Source: an uncultured Acidobacteriota bacterium
Lineage (GTDB): Bacteria; Acidobacteriota; Vicinamibacteria; Fen-336
NCBI GenBank assembly: GCA_963720545.1
Contig: OY970399.1
Span: 96,001 to 160,000, forward strand
DNA length: 64,000 nucleotides
Direction: 5' to 3'
In this document: one piece after another, positions 61,864 to 64,000 of the stretch
How the letters are laid out: each line of letters opens with the position of its first letter
How positions within the stretch are numbered: the first letter of the stretch is position 1
The notes under the pieces: model-generated
What the model saw: the letters and a program-made list of their open reading frames with translations, nothing else
Told to the model about the DNA's origin: nothing
The model's database searches: none
Translations under genes and position numbers: made by a program

Positions 61864-62697
61864 ATGCAATGCCCCAACTGCGGCGCCTCGATCAAGCCGT
61901 CGCTCGCGTTCTGCGTCGAGTGCGGCCAGCCGGTGTCGCCGACGAGTCGTGCCGACAACTATCGCCCCACGCCGCCGCCCTGGCCGGGCGCGAGCGAGGA
62001 AGCGTCGCTGCCGCCGCCGACACCGAGCCGGCCAGTGGGAGTTCCCTGGGAAGACAAGACGCGCGGCAGCGTTCTCGACCGCCTTGTCGACACCACGCGC
62101 AAGGTGCTGAGCGCACCGACCGATTTTTTCCGCAGCGTCACCACCGGCACCGGCAACTACGTGGACCCAGTCGGCTACAGCGTCATCCTGCAGTCTCTCG
62201 CTGGCTGGGTGGGTATCGTCTACGGGCTCGTCATCGAGCGCACGATGGGTGCTTTCGTTCCGACGGTGCCGGCGCAGTACGAGCCGTTCGTTGGACCGCT
62301 GCTCGGCGCCGTTGGCCTCGGTGAGGCCGTCATCCGCGGCATCCTCATTCCGGTGATCGCCGCCATCTGGGTGTTCATCGCGGCAGGCATCCTGCACCTC
62401 CTCCTGTTGCTCCTGGGCGGGGCCCGCAACGGGTTCGAGGGCACCCTGAAGGTGGTCTGCTATGTGGCCGGAGCCGCATCGCTCATCACGATCGTGCCGA
62501 TCTGCGGCAACCTGCTGATTATCCCCCTGTCGTTGTTCCTCGAGGTGATCGGCATTTCCGAGGTGCACGGGATCTCACGCGGCAAGGCGGCGGTCGCGGT
62601 GCTGCTGCCCATCTTCCTGTGTTGCTGCTTGTTGTTCGGCGTGGGGATGGTGGCCGCGATCGCACTGCCGTCGCTCCTCGGGAACCTCGGCCAGTGA
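61864..62697 (+). CDS. Zn-ribbon plus YIP1-family membrane protein
   Basis: MQCPNCG..FCVECG, VPWE, multiple transmembrane segments, GFEGT.KVVCY; start at ATG 61864. Confidence 0.82.
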   Translation: MQCPNCGASIKPSLAFCVECGQPVSPTSRADNYRPTPPPWPGASEEASLPPPTPSRPVGVPWEDKTRGSVLDRLVDTTRKVLSAPTDFFRSVTTGTGNYVDPVGYSVILQSLAGWVGIVYGLVIERTMGAFVPTVPAQYEPFVGPLLGAVGLGEAVIRGILIPVIAAIWVFIAAGILHLLLLLLGGARNGFEGTLKVVCYVAGAASLITIVPICGNLLIIPLSLFLEVIGISEVHGISRGKAAVAVLLPIFLCCCLLFGVGMVAAIALPSLLGNLGQ

Positions 62698-63134
62698 ACG
62701 AGACACACGCCACTTTGCTGCCGGGGGGCGTGCGGCTGCACGTGGCGCCCGGGCGCTTCCCGGTGTTCGCGGCACTCGGCGCGGCCGGTGTCGCGGCCGC
62801 GTTTGGCGTACGCCTGCTGCACCTCGACCGGCTTGGCTTCCCGCTCTGCATGTTCAAGGCGCTCACCGGCATCCCGTGCATGACGTGTGGCAGCACGCGC
62901 GCGCTCGGCCTGCTGGCGTACGGCGATGCGGTGGCTGCATTCGCAATGAACCCGCTGGTCGCCGCTTCCGCCGCGGTGCTCTCGCTGCTGGCGGTTGCAG
63001 ATCTCGCGGGGTACGCCTCGCGCGGCCGTGTCCTCAGCTTCAGTGCATCGCCGGGCGCGGCGCGCGCACTGCGCATCCTGGTCCCCGTCGCCCTGCTCCT
63101 GAACTGGATCTACCTCATCGCCGCCGGCCGCTAG
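62694..63134 (+). CDS. DUF2752 domain membrane protein
   Basis: C.FKALTGIPCMTCGSTRA...AFAMNPL; GTG 62694 overlaps the previous stop. Confidence 0.88.
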   Translation: MNETHATLLPGGVRLHVAPGRFPVFAALGAAGVAAAFGVRLLHLDRLGFPLCMFKALTGIPCMTCGSTRALGLLAYGDAVAAFAMNPLVAASAAVLSLLAVADLAGYASRGRVLSFSASPGAARALRILVPVALLLNWIYLIAAGR

Positions 63135-63178
63135 GCCGGCGCTCACAGCCGCCGCGAGCCGCCACTTATACTCTCGCC

Positions 63179-64000
63179 GTGACTGAAGCGAGTGCCGCCG
63201 CGAGCCGTGCGTCCGTCGCCGTGTCGGTCGTCATCCCGGTGCAAAACGAAGCCGGCAACATCGATGACCTGCACCGGGAACTGAGCGCGGCGCTTGCGGG
63301 CACGCAGTCCTACGAGATCATCATCGTGGACGACGGCTCCACCGACGACACGCTCCTGAAGCTGCGGGCGCTCGCCGCCAAAGATGCGCGGGTGCGGGTG
63401 CTGCGCCTGCGCCGCAACTTCGGCCAGACCGCCGCGTTCTCCGCCGGCTTCGACCACGCCCGCGGCGACGTCATCGTCACCTCGGACGGCGACCTGCAGA
63501 ACGATCCCGCGGACATCCCGCGCCTCGTCGCCAAGCTCGACGAAGGCTACGACATGGTGTGCGGCTGGCGGCAGAGCCGCAAGGATCCGCTATCGAAGAA
63601 GGTGCCGTCCTTCTTCGCCAACCGGCTGATCTCGTGGGCGACTGGCGTGAAGCTGCACGACTACGGCTGTTCGCTGAAGGCGATGCGCGCCGACCTGGTG
63701 AAGAACCTGCGCCTCTACGGCGAGATGCACCGCTTCATACCTGCGGTCGCCTCGTGGATGGGCGTGACGCTCGCCGAGGTGCCGGTGAACCACCGCCCGC
63801 GGACCCGCGGCAGCAGCAAGTACGGCATCGGCCGCACCGCGCGCGTGCTGATCGACCTCTTCACCGTGAAGTTCCTGCTCGCGTACGGCACGCGGCCCGC
63901 GCACCTCTTCGGCCTGATGGGCCTCGCGTGCAGTCTGCTGGGGTTTGCGATCCTCGGCTATCTCGCCTGGATCCGGCTGTTCGCCGACCAGGCGATCGGC
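63179..64000 (+). CDS. Glycosyltransferase family 2 (ArnC/GtrB-like); runs off the right edge
   Basis: Manual translation: VSVVIPVQNE, VDDGSTD, RRNFGQTAA, DGDLQNDP, LYGEMHRFIP. Confidence 0.92.
   Translation, partial: MTEASAAASRASVAVSVVIPVQNEAGNIDDLHRELSAALAGTQSYEIIIVDDGSTDDTLLKLRALAAKDARVRVLRLRRNFGQTAAFSAGFDHARGDVIVTSDGDLQNDPADIPRLVAKLDEGYDMVCGWRQSRKDPLSKKVPSFFANRLISWATGVKLHDYGCSLKAMRADLVKNLRLYGEMHRFIPAVASWMGVTLAEVPVNHRPRTRGSSKYGIGRTARVLIDLFTVKFLLAYGTRPAHLFGLMGLACSLLGFAILGYLAWIRLFADQAIG

Overview
GC-rich (by eye roughly 70%) bacterial chromosomal segment, most consistent with Acidobacteriota (Vicinamibacteria-like; inferred from the Oar-type TonB-dependent receptors, the ASPIC/UnbV-TPR-sulfatase cluster and the PGNWRG-type EF-P). 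The left half (1-32 kb) is accessory. It holds a ROK-associated glycan-uptake locus (GH2, ROK, CRTAC1/ASPIC, two TPR proteins, a Thr-type sulfatase-TPR, a TonB-dependent receptor, two secreted proteins), stress/ion genes (Fet4-like, CrcB, ferritin-like, LOG, DJ-1/AraC, FMN reductase, YbaL-like antiporter) and an RpiR-TonB receptor-serine hydrolase module. The right half is core: tRNA-Arg, sppA, efp-tdk-rtcA, alaS-recX-pilT, a protein kinase, rsmE-prmA-dnaJ-dnaK-grpE-hrcA, an aldehyde dehydrogenase, bactofilin, tRNA-Gly, nucleotide-sugar genes, pgsA and gatCA. I saw no mobile element, prophage or CRISPR array. The best leads are: (i) a 22-bp AT-rich motif shared by both divergent promoters of the glycan locus, linking the enigmatic ASPIC/TPR/sulfatase cassette to a ROK sugar regulon; (ii) an EF-P with Asn at the modification site, preceded by an apparently dead GHMP-kinase homologue; (iii) a Zn-ribbon kinase with an Arg-type catalytic loop (HRDIRPAN); (iv) a CTG-initiated pgsA, probable leaderless genes and a symmetric bidirectional promoter. 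All family assignments come from reading motifs by eye; no database searches were run.
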